A stretch of DNA of 64,000 nucleotides, taken from IMG/VR virus record IMGVR_UViG_3300042934_000107. One strand, given 5' to 3'. The notes below the pieces were generated by a model. That model ran no database searches. It saw only the letters and a program-made list of their open reading frames with translations, and had not been told where the DNA came from. Both the position numbers and the translations under genes were made by a program. This DNA is from an uncultured virus (IMG/VR IMGVR_UViG_3300042934_000107) (taxonomy: Duplodnaviria > Heunggongvirae > Uroviricota > Caudoviricetes). This document shows positions 7,498 through 17,299 of the stretch, in pieces; position 1 is the stretch's first letter; each line of letters opens with the position of its first letter.

Positions 7498-7537
7498 TTA
7501 TAAACTCCTTTGCTTGATTTAATTTATCGTCCAACAT
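7154..7537 (-). CDS. Membrane-anchored coiled-coil protein overlapping previous gene, i-spanin-like
   Basis: N-terminal TM IIIGIVLLVVCVICW then coiled coil; alternate frame. Confidence 0.55.
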   Translation of the reverse strand: MLDDKLNQAKEFINANKKNIIIGIVLLVVCVICWDVFSPVVPNGGTTAGEVTNNIQSTRNELTGAGQAVENSQRITSEIRRTNQNIEQSNKSIRQSIESSQSINKSSHDLIREGQQILSNLPRTDEK

Positions 7538-8081
7538 AATCTGTAACACCCCTTGATATCGCCTTAGAAAGCTCGTCACGCTGTTTTTCGTCGGCAAGCA
7601 TACATTCATCTTCAACGTTAGAAATAAAAGCCGTCTCGATCAAAATTGCAGGGCAATCTGTATTACTAAGAACATACAAACCGTTAACTCCTGGCGTTGC
7701 ATTTTTAATACCCCTATCAACAATGTTTTCACCATTGGGATATTTAACAGAATTGACAATTTGATCTTGAATGCAAGTTGCTAGTTCTCTGCCTTTTGCG
7801 GAACCATTATTAAACCAGGTTTCGGAACCTTGAGCAGATTCATTACTTGCTGCATTGCAATGGATGGATATAAATAAATCAGCACCAAATCTATTTGATG
7901 CATTGGTAATCTGGTATAGCTCGTTTTCTTGTACAAATAGGACTTCATATCCTACGGCTGTTAGGTATTCACATACCTTTTGCGCAATATCGGTTGCTAC
8001 AATTGCCTCTTGTAATCCTGTTTGTCCGACGGCTCCGGAGTCTAATCCTGGGTAGTGCCCGGCATTAACTGTTACTTTCAT
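7524..8081 (-). CDS. Endolysin, N-acetylmuramoyl-L-alanine amidase (Amidase_3)
   Basis: NAGH, E, SIHCNA, PAILIETAFISN motifs. Confidence 0.92.
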   Translation of the reverse strand: MKVTVNAGHYPGLDSGAVGQTGLQEAIVATDIAQKVCEYLTAVGYEVLFVQENELYQITNASNRFGADLFISIHCNAASNESAQGSETWFNNGSAKGRELATCIQDQIVNSVKYPNGENIVDRGIKNATPGVNGLYVLSNTDCPAILIETAFISNVEDECMLADEKQRDELSKAISRGVTDYVGR

Positions 8082-8299
8082 TTTGGTTGCTCTCCTTTTC
8101 CACTATTAAAAACTGAGTCTGTGCCGTGTTTTAATATGATAGGTACTATAATAGTCAAGTACATGTTTTGCAACGCTCCTAGGTCGAATTTGGAAGCGTA
8201 GAGGGCATTGCAAAACCATGCTGTTAGGTATGTGATAATGAATAAGGTGGTGCAGATACCTACCGCACCACCTAGAATAGTTTTTATTTTGTTTAACAT
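8078..8299 (-). CDS. Holin-like membrane protein
   Basis: Two TM segments; just upstream of endolysin; tail DSVFNS.KG..P shared with 51325..51543. Confidence 0.7.
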   Translation of the reverse strand: MLNKIKTILGGAVGICTTLFIITYLTAWFCNALYASKFDLGALQNMYLTIIVPIILKHGTDSVFNSGKGEQPK

Positions 8300-8310
8300 T
8301 TTGTTACCTC

Positions 8311-8595
8311 CTAATGCTTGCTAAACGCAAAAGCAATTGCAGCAGCGATGCCACTAGATACCACTACTGTTATCGCGGTATTGATAAGAGATTCCCAACG
8401 TTTAGCTGGTTGTGCAGCGAGTTTGGTTACTTCTGTTTTAATGTCTTGCATAGCTTTGCTTATAAAGTCAAATTTAATGTCTACATTGCTCTGTTGCTTT
8501 GACAATTCGTGATATTTTTCTTTAAGATCGGAAATTGCTTCGTCTTGATTATCTACTCGTTTAACTAAGTCATGATGTAATTGACATATTTCCAT
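8311..8595 (-). CDS. XhlA-like coiled coil plus C-terminal TM lysis protein
   Basis: Coiled coil, KRWESLI, terminal TM. Confidence 0.65.
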   Translation of the reverse strand: MEICQLHHDLVKRVDNQDEAISDLKEKYHELSKQQSNVDIKFDFISKAMQDIKTEVTKLAAQPAKRWESLINTAITVVVSSGIAAAIAFAFSKH

Positions 8596-8658
8596 CTAAT
8601 TACCTCTCACTGGTTTGTTAGGTTTTACTGGTTTAATTGGTTTTACTGGTTTAGCCAT
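8596..8658 (-). CDS. 20-aa KP-repeat micropeptide MAKPVKPIKPVKPNKPVRGN
   Basis: Fills gap exactly between neighbours; G-rich RBS upstream. Confidence 0.55.
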   Translation of the reverse strand: MAKPVKPIKPVKPNKPVRGN

Positions 8659-8660
8659 TA

Positions 8661-8918
8661 CTATTTACCCCCTTTTATTGTTTGACTGCTGTCAGTAGTA
8701 TTTATTTGAGTTTGATTTGTTCCATAATTGTAGTCAGTCGTGAAATAAAAATACGAATATCCTATTACGGTAACGGCAAAGCATAGGCAGAACGCCACTG
8801 TAAGCACTATAATGCAGTTAACTAGCCTATTATTGATTTTATCTGATTTATCGATCATTTCAGTTGCTAGTGTGATTAGATCAGTTACATAAGGATAGTC
8901 TTTATCCATTGGCAACAC
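8661..8918 (-). CDS. Single-TM protein of lysis region
   Basis: Central hydrophobic segment; AAGGAG RBS. Confidence 0.6.
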   Translation of the reverse strand: MLPMDKDYPYVTDLITLATEMIDKSDKINNRLVNCIIVLTVAFCLCFAVTVIGYSYFYFTTDYNYGTNQTQINTTDSSQTIKGGK

Positions 8919-8994
8919 TCCTTAATTTTAGGCATAAAAAATACACCTCGTAAGGTGCTATGCCGATTCCCAGTATGTTAATTTCCAGTAGGTT

Positions 8995-9061
8995 AGCACA
9001 CGGAAAAACGCTGGAAAACCGCCTTGTCACTAAAGGAGCGACCTTTAGCTATCCGTGTGCT
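8995..9061 (-). ncRNA. Second C4-like cloverleaf RNA
   Basis: AGCACACGGA/UCCGUGUGCU outer stem; loop UUUCCAG complementary to downstream CUGGAAA and CUGGGAA. Confidence 0.65.
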
Positions 9062-9081
9062 CGTCTATCATACTACAAAGT

Positions 9082-11628
9082 TCACCAAGTTTGCAATGTA
9101 GTATATATTCCGTATCCTTGTACGGTGTAATCTATTCCTACACCGCTACCTGTTGCTTCTTCTACGTTTTCAATTGTTCCATTTACATAGGTTCTTTTTA
9201 TCATGACAGTATCAGCAACATTGCTACCTTGTGATCCTAAATGAATAGAAACACTACCATAAGTATTTATGCACTCGCAATCGTCGATATAAATAGTACT
9301 AAGCAATGCTAAATCGGCATAATTGTGTATGCTCCATGCACGGCATTGTGTGGTATTTGTACCATATGTTATAAATTTGCTTCCTTGCATTCTTATGACA
9401 GAATCACTACCATGTCCAGCAGCAAACGCATGACAAGGAGCCCAAAGACCATCAGCGTTACCATAATGGATTATATCGCAATCTTTTATCGTATATCTGC
9501 AATTGTGGTAACTTGATCCAGAATCAGCATGAATAGGGTATCGCATGTTTTTTGCTGTTATGGTTAAATTTTGCAAGGTAACAACGCCACCATAATTTAG
9601 AGTAGACAGATACTTTGATTGATCATAGGTTGCTGCGCCTCCCAATTCTCCTTTTAGGATTGTCTTGCTTCTGTCCCCAACACCTATCAAATTAACATAG
9701 CTTGGTATTTCTAAACCGCGATTTCCTATTGATCCACTAGGATTATTAATCATAGCGGTTGGTAAACTAGCAACAATATCATATTCACCTTCGTAAATTA
9801 ACACGTTATAGCCGTTTTTCGCTGATGAATCTGTGATGCTTGATAAAGCGGTGTATAAATCAACATAGTCACCTGTACCATCTTTTTTTACAATGATGCT
9901 ATTGTCAACGAATGGATACACTGTTTTTATAGTGTCCATTAGCCCTTGTACTTTTGCAGGTTCAACATTTGCACCAAATGGCATAAATCTAGTCGTAGCA
10001 CTCCCTTTTTCAAATTGCGTTTTATTAAGATTTTCAGACTTGACAGTTAGTCTTACATAATAGGCATTTGTAGGCACTGTAACAACATTGCTGAATAAAG
10101 TAAACCCGCTCACGTATGCCTTAGTTGTGCCAAAAAATGCGCCTTGCTCTACATTATTCTGTAAAACATATGCCTGTCCTGGTTCAATAGCAATATAGTC
10201 TGATGCATAGTAGCCAGCTAGTGACGTTAAAACTCCAGTATTATGATGGACGTAGTAACCAGCAGTAACCTTTGAATTATCAAACAAGTTAGGGGATAAG
10301 TCACCTTTTACAACAATCGAATCAGACCTAATCATGTCATCAGAAACATAGCCACTATCGTCTAGGCTTAATTTAGCACCGTAACTTTCGTACTCAAAAA
10401 CACTACCTTTAGCAAGTTGGATAATATCTGCGTATGCTACAGTAATTGTAAGTCGTACATAGGCAGCCGTTGACGGTGTTGTCCAAGATCCTAAACTGTT
10501 AGATAGTCCACTAATATATACTTTGCTTGAATTGTAAAAAGCTAGTTGCTGACCATCACCTGTTTTTGTATACAACGTTGAAGCTTCTACTGGGATATAA
10601 TCCGTGTAACCATATGAAGCGTTATAACTACCATTCAGATTTCCTGTTGTGTAAACAATGTAATAACCTACGGTGAAGTTACTTTTATCAAATAAGTTTT
10701 TGGACGCTCTACCTTCAACAGCCAAAAAAGATAAGCTTTTCTTACTTACAGAACCATCAACAACAGTTGGAATATATGCTGATTTTTGCCAGCTACCTGC
10801 TCCACTGGCTCCTAGCTTTATATAAATACCATTATTTGTAGGGTTTGAATCATTTGTGACAAGTGCCGTAACGTTTTCCGCATGCGCTAAGTCGGCATCC
10901 ATTAAAGATTTTGTGGTAAATGCAATATCATGGGTTGATTGTGCAGAGAGATTAGCGGAATTTGCAGCTTCCAAGGCTGATGCTTCATATGTTCCTGCAT
11001 TAGTTGCGCTACTTGCTGCTGCCGTGGCACTTGCAGAAGCTGAATTTGCGCTATTTACTGCTGTTGTTGCTGAATTTGACGAAATTGTAGCAGAAGAAGC
11101 AGCTTCTTCTGCCTTTGTTGTAGCTGTATTTGCTGCTGTTGTTGCATCTACTATTGCTAACGCTACAGCCTCCTTGGATAACTCAGCAATAAATTCAGTA
11201 GAAGTCATTCCATCTATTGTTTTGTCAATTCCTAGTTTGATGCATCTGTCAATTTCTTCTTGTTGTTGTTGAGCAATCATTGTAATCCTGTCAAATGACA
11301 TTTCAACAACTTTAGGTTTTAATGCTGTATTGTTAGGATATACTGTAGGCTGCAATACCTCTAGAGTTCTAAGTATGGTTAGTTTGTAGTTGCTTGATAT
11401 TGCTGTTCCGATTGATGGGTATGTAACAGTGCCGTTGCTTGACGGGAAAGTTCCTTCTGACGGTGAAACGCTGTAATTACTAGTTATTTCAGTTTCTGTA
11501 CCGTTGATTGTATCGGTTAAATAAATGTGCAAATCATCTTCTGTAAGTACGTCAAATTCATAGTCAAACGTTTTCGTAACCCCATTACCTACATAGATAT
11601 GTTTATTAAGAGTTGATGATAGTGACAT
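9082..11628 (-). CDS. Tail fibre/tailspike
   Basis: T7-type N-terminal anchor (YVGNGVTKTFDYEF), Ala/Ser stalk, two NLFD modules, pectinesterase-like VKKDGTGDY beta-helix. Confidence 0.85.
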   Translation of the reverse strand: MSLSSTLNKHIYVGNGVTKTFDYEFDVLTEDDLHIYLTDTINGTETEITSNYSVSPSEGTFPSSNGTVTYPSIGTAISSNYKLTILRTLEVLQPTVYPNNTALKPKVVEMSFDRITMIAQQQQEEIDRCIKLGIDKTIDGMTSTEFIAELSKEAVALAIVDATTAANTATTKAEEAASSATISSNSATTAVNSANSASASATAAASSATNAGTYEASALEAANSANLSAQSTHDIAFTTKSLMDADLAHAENVTALVTNDSNPTNNGIYIKLGASGAGSWQKSAYIPTVVDGSVSKKSLSFLAVEGRASKNLFDKSNFTVGYYIVYTTGNLNGSYNASYGYTDYIPVEASTLYTKTGDGQQLAFYNSSKVYISGLSNSLGSWTTPSTAAYVRLTITVAYADIIQLAKGSVFEYESYGAKLSLDDSGYVSDDMIRSDSIVVKGDLSPNLFDNSKVTAGYYVHHNTGVLTSLAGYYASDYIAIEPGQAYVLQNNVEQGAFFGTTKAYVSGFTLFSNVVTVPTNAYYVRLTVKSENLNKTQFEKGSATTRFMPFGANVEPAKVQGLMDTIKTVYPFVDNSIIVKKDGTGDYVDLYTALSSITDSSAKNGYNVLIYEGEYDIVASLPTAMINNPSGSIGNRGLEIPSYVNLIGVGDRSKTILKGELGGAATYDQSKYLSTLNYGGVVTLQNLTITAKNMRYPIHADSGSSYHNCRYTIKDCDIIHYGNADGLWAPCHAFAAGHGSDSVIRMQGSKFITYGTNTTQCRAWSIHNYADLALLSTIYIDDCECINTYGSVSIHLGSQGSNVADTVMIKRTYVNGTIENVEEATGSGVGIDYTVQGYGIYTTLQTW

Positions 11629-11736
11629 GTGATACCCTCCTAAAATAAAATAGAGACTGCAATTATGCAATCTCTTAATAAATTTGTTGTTAAATTGTGG
11701 TATATTGGTATAATGGAGTTTGAGGTGACATATAAT

Positions 11737-12069
11737 ATGGATTTCATAAATTTTATATTTTTAATTACTATTACAATGTATCTGCTAGTCAAAATAGATC
11801 GAATTTCTGTAAATATTGGGTTAGCTAAGTGGATGAAAATAAAAGCACATTCTTTATGGTCGTTTATTTTTCATTATAAATGGTTTATTATATTTCCTAT
11901 ATTTTCTTACTTCGTATTGATTGTTGCTTCGGAAATAGATTTAGATAGAAGTACAGAAAGAATCTTAGTTAATATATTATTGAGAACAATAACATTTGTA
12001 GAAGATGCACTTATTGTTTTGGGGATATATGCGATATACAAATATTTTTCTAAATTTTATTGTAAATAA
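11737..12069 (+). CDS. Moron-like multi-TM membrane protein
   Basis: AT-rich, opposite strand, own TGnTATAAT and RBS, about 3 TM. Confidence 0.7.
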   Translation: MDFINFIFLITITMYLLVKIDRISVNIGLAKWMKIKAHSLWSFIFHYKWFIIFPIFSYFVLIVASEIDLDRSTERILVNILLRTITFVEDALIVLGIYAIYKYFSKFYCK

Positions 12070-12086
12070 GATAAGAAAGAGCGCAA

Positions 12087-15000
12087 CTAATTTTTACGCT
12101 CTTTCTTTGGTCTACGTTTCATTATATCTTCTAGTTCAGGATCCATACCATTGACAAAATAATCATAGGCATTAAAGAACCACGCATTAAACTGGTCAGG
12201 GTATCCTGTGCTGTATGCGGTTGCTTTTGCTACTGATTCGACAACATCTTGTTCGTTAGTCGCTCCATTTCCATATACATAGTTTTTAACTTTTGAAGCT
12301 GCATCTGTCATAGCATCAAAGGATGAAAATGCTATAGGCGGTCTATAACCATACGTCTGTAATCCGAGTGCTGAGTTAAGAATTATTGGTGCTACATCGC
12401 GAACAACTGGCAATAACTGCAATGGATAACTAGCAATTTTACTAGCGTAATATGCAGCAGGATCATCTTCATCCTTAGGCCCCTTGCCTGCTAAAAAGTC
12501 GGATGCAATCACAAATGCAATCATTCTACTAGCAACAAACCCAACAAATCTAGGAACATTTTCTATTCCTTTTATAGATAGACCATCTTGCGTAGCCATT
12601 CCAGATTCTTTAACCCATCGATTAAATTCAACATTCATGAATCCATAGAAACTAGAAAATACTTTGTCAGTAACTTTCTTGCTTCTCATTATTGGCGATA
12701 AATCGTATTTCCTGCCTGAACCATTTACCGCTTTAATTAATGAGTCTGCATAGTATGCCGATTGCTTAGAATCTCCTGTTTCTCCTAACTTCTTTTCATA
12801 TGCTTGTTTCCACATAGGAACGGCTGTTAAGTCATCAGAAGCAGACAGTAATCCTAATCCAAACTCTGCAATTTTACCCCTGTTTTCAAACATGTTGCTT
12901 TGAATATCATTCAGGGAATAATCAGGAGTTCTTCTTCTATCACGCATGTAGGGAGATAATGCATAAATCTCTTCTCTTACCTGTTTGGCTGCTTTCCAGT
13001 TTAAAGCTGATTTAGGAAGATAGTTTAATAATCCATGCTTAATAACTCCCATAACTGCGTCTTGCACTCCAAAACCTTCTATTGCCTTAGGATATAGAAC
13101 CATGTTAGCAGCATTCTGTGTAATAACTCCGACTCTAAAAGTAATGGCTGCTTTAGTTCCTGCCCTGCGCAAATAATCGACAACGCTTTCAATTGCTGTC
13201 ATTCCTACATTTCTGTATGATTCTCCGTTAGCAATATTGGAAACATGATCACTAAATTGTTTTAACCCTTCTGGCCCTAACTTGCTTTGAACCGTAAATT
13301 GGAACTCTTTATTGTTTAGCATTCTACGATAGTCTGACACTAAGTCTCTAAAATACAAGTCATGAACAACATCAACGATGTGCCTATTTATCAATGCAGG
13401 ATCAAGGTCTATTGAGTAGTTAGCATTAGAACGAGACTTTGTATGTCCTGTTTTTGTTGTAGCTTTCCATGCAGGATTTTGTTCTGTGTAAAGCGGTGCA
13501 TCTGCGCTTTCTCTTTCGGCAGCTATTAAAGAAGCTCTAGGATCTTGTTTTAGAGGATAATACCCTCCATCCATTTGTATAGTTTCACCATTACGCAACG
13601 TTACTTCAAAAGGTGCAGCTTCAACCTTCTTCGGTTCAAAGCCTGTCATTTCTGCATGAAAGTTTGCCAAGTCAGGCCAAATAGTATTAACCAGATCCCA
13701 AGTCTTTTGGACTGTCTGCCAATCTCTTTTATCAAGGTTATTGGTCAACAACTCCATGACAGTATCCCTGCCCCATGGCTTAGTGCTTTCTACTCCAAAA
13801 GGCCTTGTACTAAACAACTTACTACTATTACCTTCATTGCCAAGATTAAATGCCATAGCCATTAGTTTCATCTTGGTTGTAGAGGCTCCAAGTTCATCAT
13901 AATAAACTTTGTCGTTAGCCATTGCCTTACGTTCTTTAGGGGAGTACTCGCCCCACATTGTTTCCAATTCTGTTTTAAATTTATTAATTCGATTGCTTTC
14001 TAAATTGGCTCTTTCGTGAACAGGAGCAATCCAGAACTTTTCCAATGAGCCAAATGTTTTCCATTGCTGTAATCTGCTAACTACTGTCGACATTGTTTGT
14101 AGTGAATACAGGTAATTAGAAACTCCACTCTTAAATCTATCTAATTTAGTTGGCTCTATTTTAGGAGTAAATGCAGTATCAAGCTTATTCATTTCAGTAA
14201 TCATTTCTAAGCGTAAAGCATCTAATGATTCGCCTTTGGCTACTGCAATAGAAGTCTTTTCTTGATTAGCTACCTTTTGGATGTTCTTCAATGCGTCAGT
14301 AACATCTTTTAATTCTGGCATTGTAAGATCTTTATAGTTCTTTCTAATTGATTCATCATTCAGCCATTGAGGAATATTAACGGAACCAAGCATTTCATCC
14401 ATACGATTTGACCAATCTGCTAACGATTCAGTCTTGCTATTAATAGCATAGTCTTTGCGACCTAATCCAAAACGCTCTAGAATAGATCCAACTTGGTTAA
14501 AGTTTTCATCCGTTTTGAAGAGTTTTTTCTTTTTAGATACGACGCCTTTTAGGTATTTGTCTTGTTTAGCGAAGTCTTTACTAAGTTTCATAGCTTCAAG
14601 CGCGAAAGCATGATTTAGCATTTCAGCATTTTTAAGAATTGCAGCAGTTTCATATTTACCAGCACGATATTCTTTTTCTGACTGTCTCGCTGCTTCTCTT
14701 GCTTGTTTCATATACTTGTTATAGTTAACGGCATCTTTAATTTGTTTGTCTGCCAATGATGTTTTAGCATAATCTAAAGCAGCCTTAACGCCTATTTGTG
14801 ATTGTCTAGCTATTCTCTGGCTAGTCGATTCAGACTTAAGCCATTCTTTAGCCATAGCATTATCATTCTTCTGCTGTTCTTTTAAATCAGCTTCTTTGGT
14901 TTTAGCTTCTGCATCATACCATCTAGCGGTATATTTAGCATCAGCATTAAGCTGTTTTATCTCTTCCGCATGCGACTTATTAAGTTCCGCTAACTGTTCT

Positions 15001-17282
15001 TTTAATGCATTAACTTTAGAATCGCCTTTAGCCTTCTGTATTTTAACCAGGAGGCTAGTTTCTGCGTCTTTGAACCTACTAGTTAGGTCTGATATTTTCT
15101 TTTCTCTAGCGTCAATTCTGTGGTTACCTTTTGCCAATTCACTAAGTGCGCTAGCCTCTAATGCAGAAGATTTTATTCGTGATTCACTTATCTGTGTCTC
15201 TGCTTCAACATTCGCCCTATCGCCTAACTCTTCTTTCTTGAATTGTTCACTAGCATATTCTAATCTAGATTTTATTTCTGCATCTTTTACCTTGTTGCTT
15301 CTTATTTTTTTAGATAACTCATTTCCGGAAGAAAAACCGTGTTGCTCTGCTATAGTATCAACCCAAGCTTTTTGTTTGTCTGAAAGATTTCCTTCAATAT
15401 ACTTCTGAGCAACTTCTTTGACGTTCTTTAATCCTTTGCCAAACAATTGCAAGTCAAACGAAATAGCATCAGATGCGCGATACATAGGATCTGCTTCGAA
15501 TTCCGCTTCTATAGTTTTTTTTACTTCTTCCAAATGCTTGTTTAATTTCCCTTGAAATGAAGGACTGTTCTCCGCTTTTACGCGACTGGATAATACTGTT
15601 TCAGCGTGTGTTTTAGCCTCTGCTACTGCATCTGAATAAAACTTATTATCTGCAAGTCCTATCTCTTCGCTAACTGGCGGTTCTACTGCACGATCTCTAT
15701 CGATATAAGCTTCTTCTACATTTCTTTTGTTTGGTTGTTCGCCAATTTTTACATCTTCTAACAATGCCTCTCTGTGTTCTTTAGGAAGGACTTCAAAGTT
15801 ACCAAGCTTAACTGACACATCTCCACCAGTTTGTATTGCTTCTGATATTTCTTTAGGTTCAACACCGAGTCTATCAATGATATGCTGCGCTTCTCTTGGG
15901 TTTATTTCTGCTACATTTTGCAGGTAATCGAACAGTTCAACACCTGGAATAGATACATTTTCCAATGGAGTCCCTGCAACTTCCGCATTGATCTTTTCAG
16001 CTACTAATTCCGGTGAACGTTGCGCTGTTTTTGACTTGTCTACCATATCGCCAAGATTCTTTAAAGCTACATAGCCATGACCAGGCAATGCCATAGCAAG
16101 AGCAAGCGGAACCATGTTAACGCCACCCATTGCTATCTCTTCAATATCTCTAGCTCCCCAATTTAACGTTTGTCCTTCTGCTACCTTTCTACCTGCAATA
16201 TCTGTAGCGGTTAAACCAGCACCTATTGCGCTTTGCTCTAAAACATTAAGTCCAAGGCTTTTTAATCCAACGCTGCTTGCCTCCGGTAGTTTTAACCATT
16301 TTCCTATTTGTGCAGAACTAAGAACTGCCGTACCTGCACCTGTAACTGCTGCTCCTTTGGCTGCTTCTGTCGGATCTACACCGTTTGATATTTCATCAAG
16401 GTATAAGTTACCCATGGATGTAGATGCAAAATCTTTGGCAAAGCCAACTCTAAATCCTTGTCCTAATCCTGCCAATGCGCCAGGTACAGCACCTACACCA
16501 CCAGCTAAAGAACCAATACCAGCACCAACGCCAGCACCAGCCAATCCATACTTTAACCCTGTTTGTACGCTTGGAGCCATGCCAGCAATTCCAGCTAATA
16601 CACCGGGCACACTCCAGGTGCTTTTAGGTAGTTTTTCTTGTAGAGTTTTGATCTGATTGTTAAGGTATTCAAGCTTTGTTTTTTCTTCTTGACTAAGACC
16701 ATCTAACCCATAAACTCCGCCTAATAACTTGTTCCCAATTTCTGCGCGTTCTACTGACAAAGAATTCAATATATAAGAATCGCTCATAACGTTAATCATT
16801 TGTTCTTGATAACTAAGATTGTTAATATCATCATGCGATACAGCTAGGTTGTTTTTATTTGATAAGTATTCTGTAGTCTTAGGATAATCAACTACAAATT
16901 GATTCCAGTTGTCAGGAGAGTTTTGCTTTAGTTGTAGCACTTGTTGTGCTGCTTGTTGTATCTCTGGTTTTGCTGCAATAAATGTATTAGGGTCAAGGTT
17001 TAGTATGCGCCCTGCTTCAGATGTCAAAGCTGCCTGATCTGCTGACTTCCTACCATACACATCATAAGCACTTGCTAAATCGGCGGCTCTATCGTAGTTA
17101 GGATTTATATTGCGACCGCCAAAATCAACAATTGATTGACCTGCTGAAGATAAGGCATTTTCTATCTTTTCAGTTGTAGAATATTTTGGTCTGTTACTTA
17201 TTTCTTCCGGTGTGTATATTGAGCCAGAATCATCTTGATATTTAACAGAACCATCACTCTGTGGTATAGCTTTAATTGCCAT
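12087..17282 (-). CDS. Large internal virion/DNA ejection protein
   Basis: 1731 aa, helical with Gly/Ala hydrophobic tract; last of ejection cluster. Confidence 0.8.
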   Translation of the reverse strand: MAIKAIPQSDGSVKYQDDSGSIYTPEEISNRPKYSTTEKIENALSSAGQSIVDFGGRNINPNYDRAADLASAYDVYGRKSADQAALTSEAGRILNLDPNTFIAAKPEIQQAAQQVLQLKQNSPDNWNQFVVDYPKTTEYLSNKNNLAVSHDDINNLSYQEQMINVMSDSYILNSLSVERAEIGNKLLGGVYGLDGLSQEEKTKLEYLNNQIKTLQEKLPKSTWSVPGVLAGIAGMAPSVQTGLKYGLAGAGVGAGIGSLAGGVGAVPGALAGLGQGFRVGFAKDFASTSMGNLYLDEISNGVDPTEAAKGAAVTGAGTAVLSSAQIGKWLKLPEASSVGLKSLGLNVLEQSAIGAGLTATDIAGRKVAEGQTLNWGARDIEEIAMGGVNMVPLALAMALPGHGYVALKNLGDMVDKSKTAQRSPELVAEKINAEVAGTPLENVSIPGVELFDYLQNVAEINPREAQHIIDRLGVEPKEISEAIQTGGDVSVKLGNFEVLPKEHREALLEDVKIGEQPNKRNVEEAYIDRDRAVEPPVSEEIGLADNKFYSDAVAEAKTHAETVLSSRVKAENSPSFQGKLNKHLEEVKKTIEAEFEADPMYRASDAISFDLQLFGKGLKNVKEVAQKYIEGNLSDKQKAWVDTIAEQHGFSSGNELSKKIRSNKVKDAEIKSRLEYASEQFKKEELGDRANVEAETQISESRIKSSALEASALSELAKGNHRIDAREKKISDLTSRFKDAETSLLVKIQKAKGDSKVNALKEQLAELNKSHAEEIKQLNADAKYTARWYDAEAKTKEADLKEQQKNDNAMAKEWLKSESTSQRIARQSQIGVKAALDYAKTSLADKQIKDAVNYNKYMKQAREAARQSEKEYRAGKYETAAILKNAEMLNHAFALEAMKLSKDFAKQDKYLKGVVSKKKKLFKTDENFNQVGSILERFGLGRKDYAINSKTESLADWSNRMDEMLGSVNIPQWLNDESIRKNYKDLTMPELKDVTDALKNIQKVANQEKTSIAVAKGESLDALRLEMITEMNKLDTAFTPKIEPTKLDRFKSGVSNYLYSLQTMSTVVSRLQQWKTFGSLEKFWIAPVHERANLESNRINKFKTELETMWGEYSPKERKAMANDKVYYDELGASTTKMKLMAMAFNLGNEGNSSKLFSTRPFGVESTKPWGRDTVMELLTNNLDKRDWQTVQKTWDLVNTIWPDLANFHAEMTGFEPKKVEAAPFEVTLRNGETIQMDGGYYPLKQDPRASLIAAERESADAPLYTEQNPAWKATTKTGHTKSRSNANYSIDLDPALINRHIVDVVHDLYFRDLVSDYRRMLNNKEFQFTVQSKLGPEGLKQFSDHVSNIANGESYRNVGMTAIESVVDYLRRAGTKAAITFRVGVITQNAANMVLYPKAIEGFGVQDAVMGVIKHGLLNYLPKSALNWKAAKQVREEIYALSPYMRDRRRTPDYSLNDIQSNMFENRGKIAEFGLGLLSASDDLTAVPMWKQAYEKKLGETGDSKQSAYYADSLIKAVNGSGRKYDLSPIMRSKKVTDKVFSSFYGFMNVEFNRWVKESGMATQDGLSIKGIENVPRFVGFVASRMIAFVIASDFLAGKGPKDEDDPAAYYASKIASYPLQLLPVVRDVAPIILNSALGLQTYGYRPPIAFSSFDAMTDAASKVKNYVYGNGATNEQDVVESVAKATAYSTGYPDQFNAWFFNAYDYFVNGMDPELEDIMKRRPKKERKN

Positions 17283-17299
17283 ATTTGATGCCCCTTTGC

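Noticed and set aside
10856..16656. Long plus-strand ORFs opposite virion genes (e.g. 10856..11272, 14896..15408, 16114..16656; also 45617..46165)
   Set aside because: Antisense shadows of real minus-strand genes, without RBS
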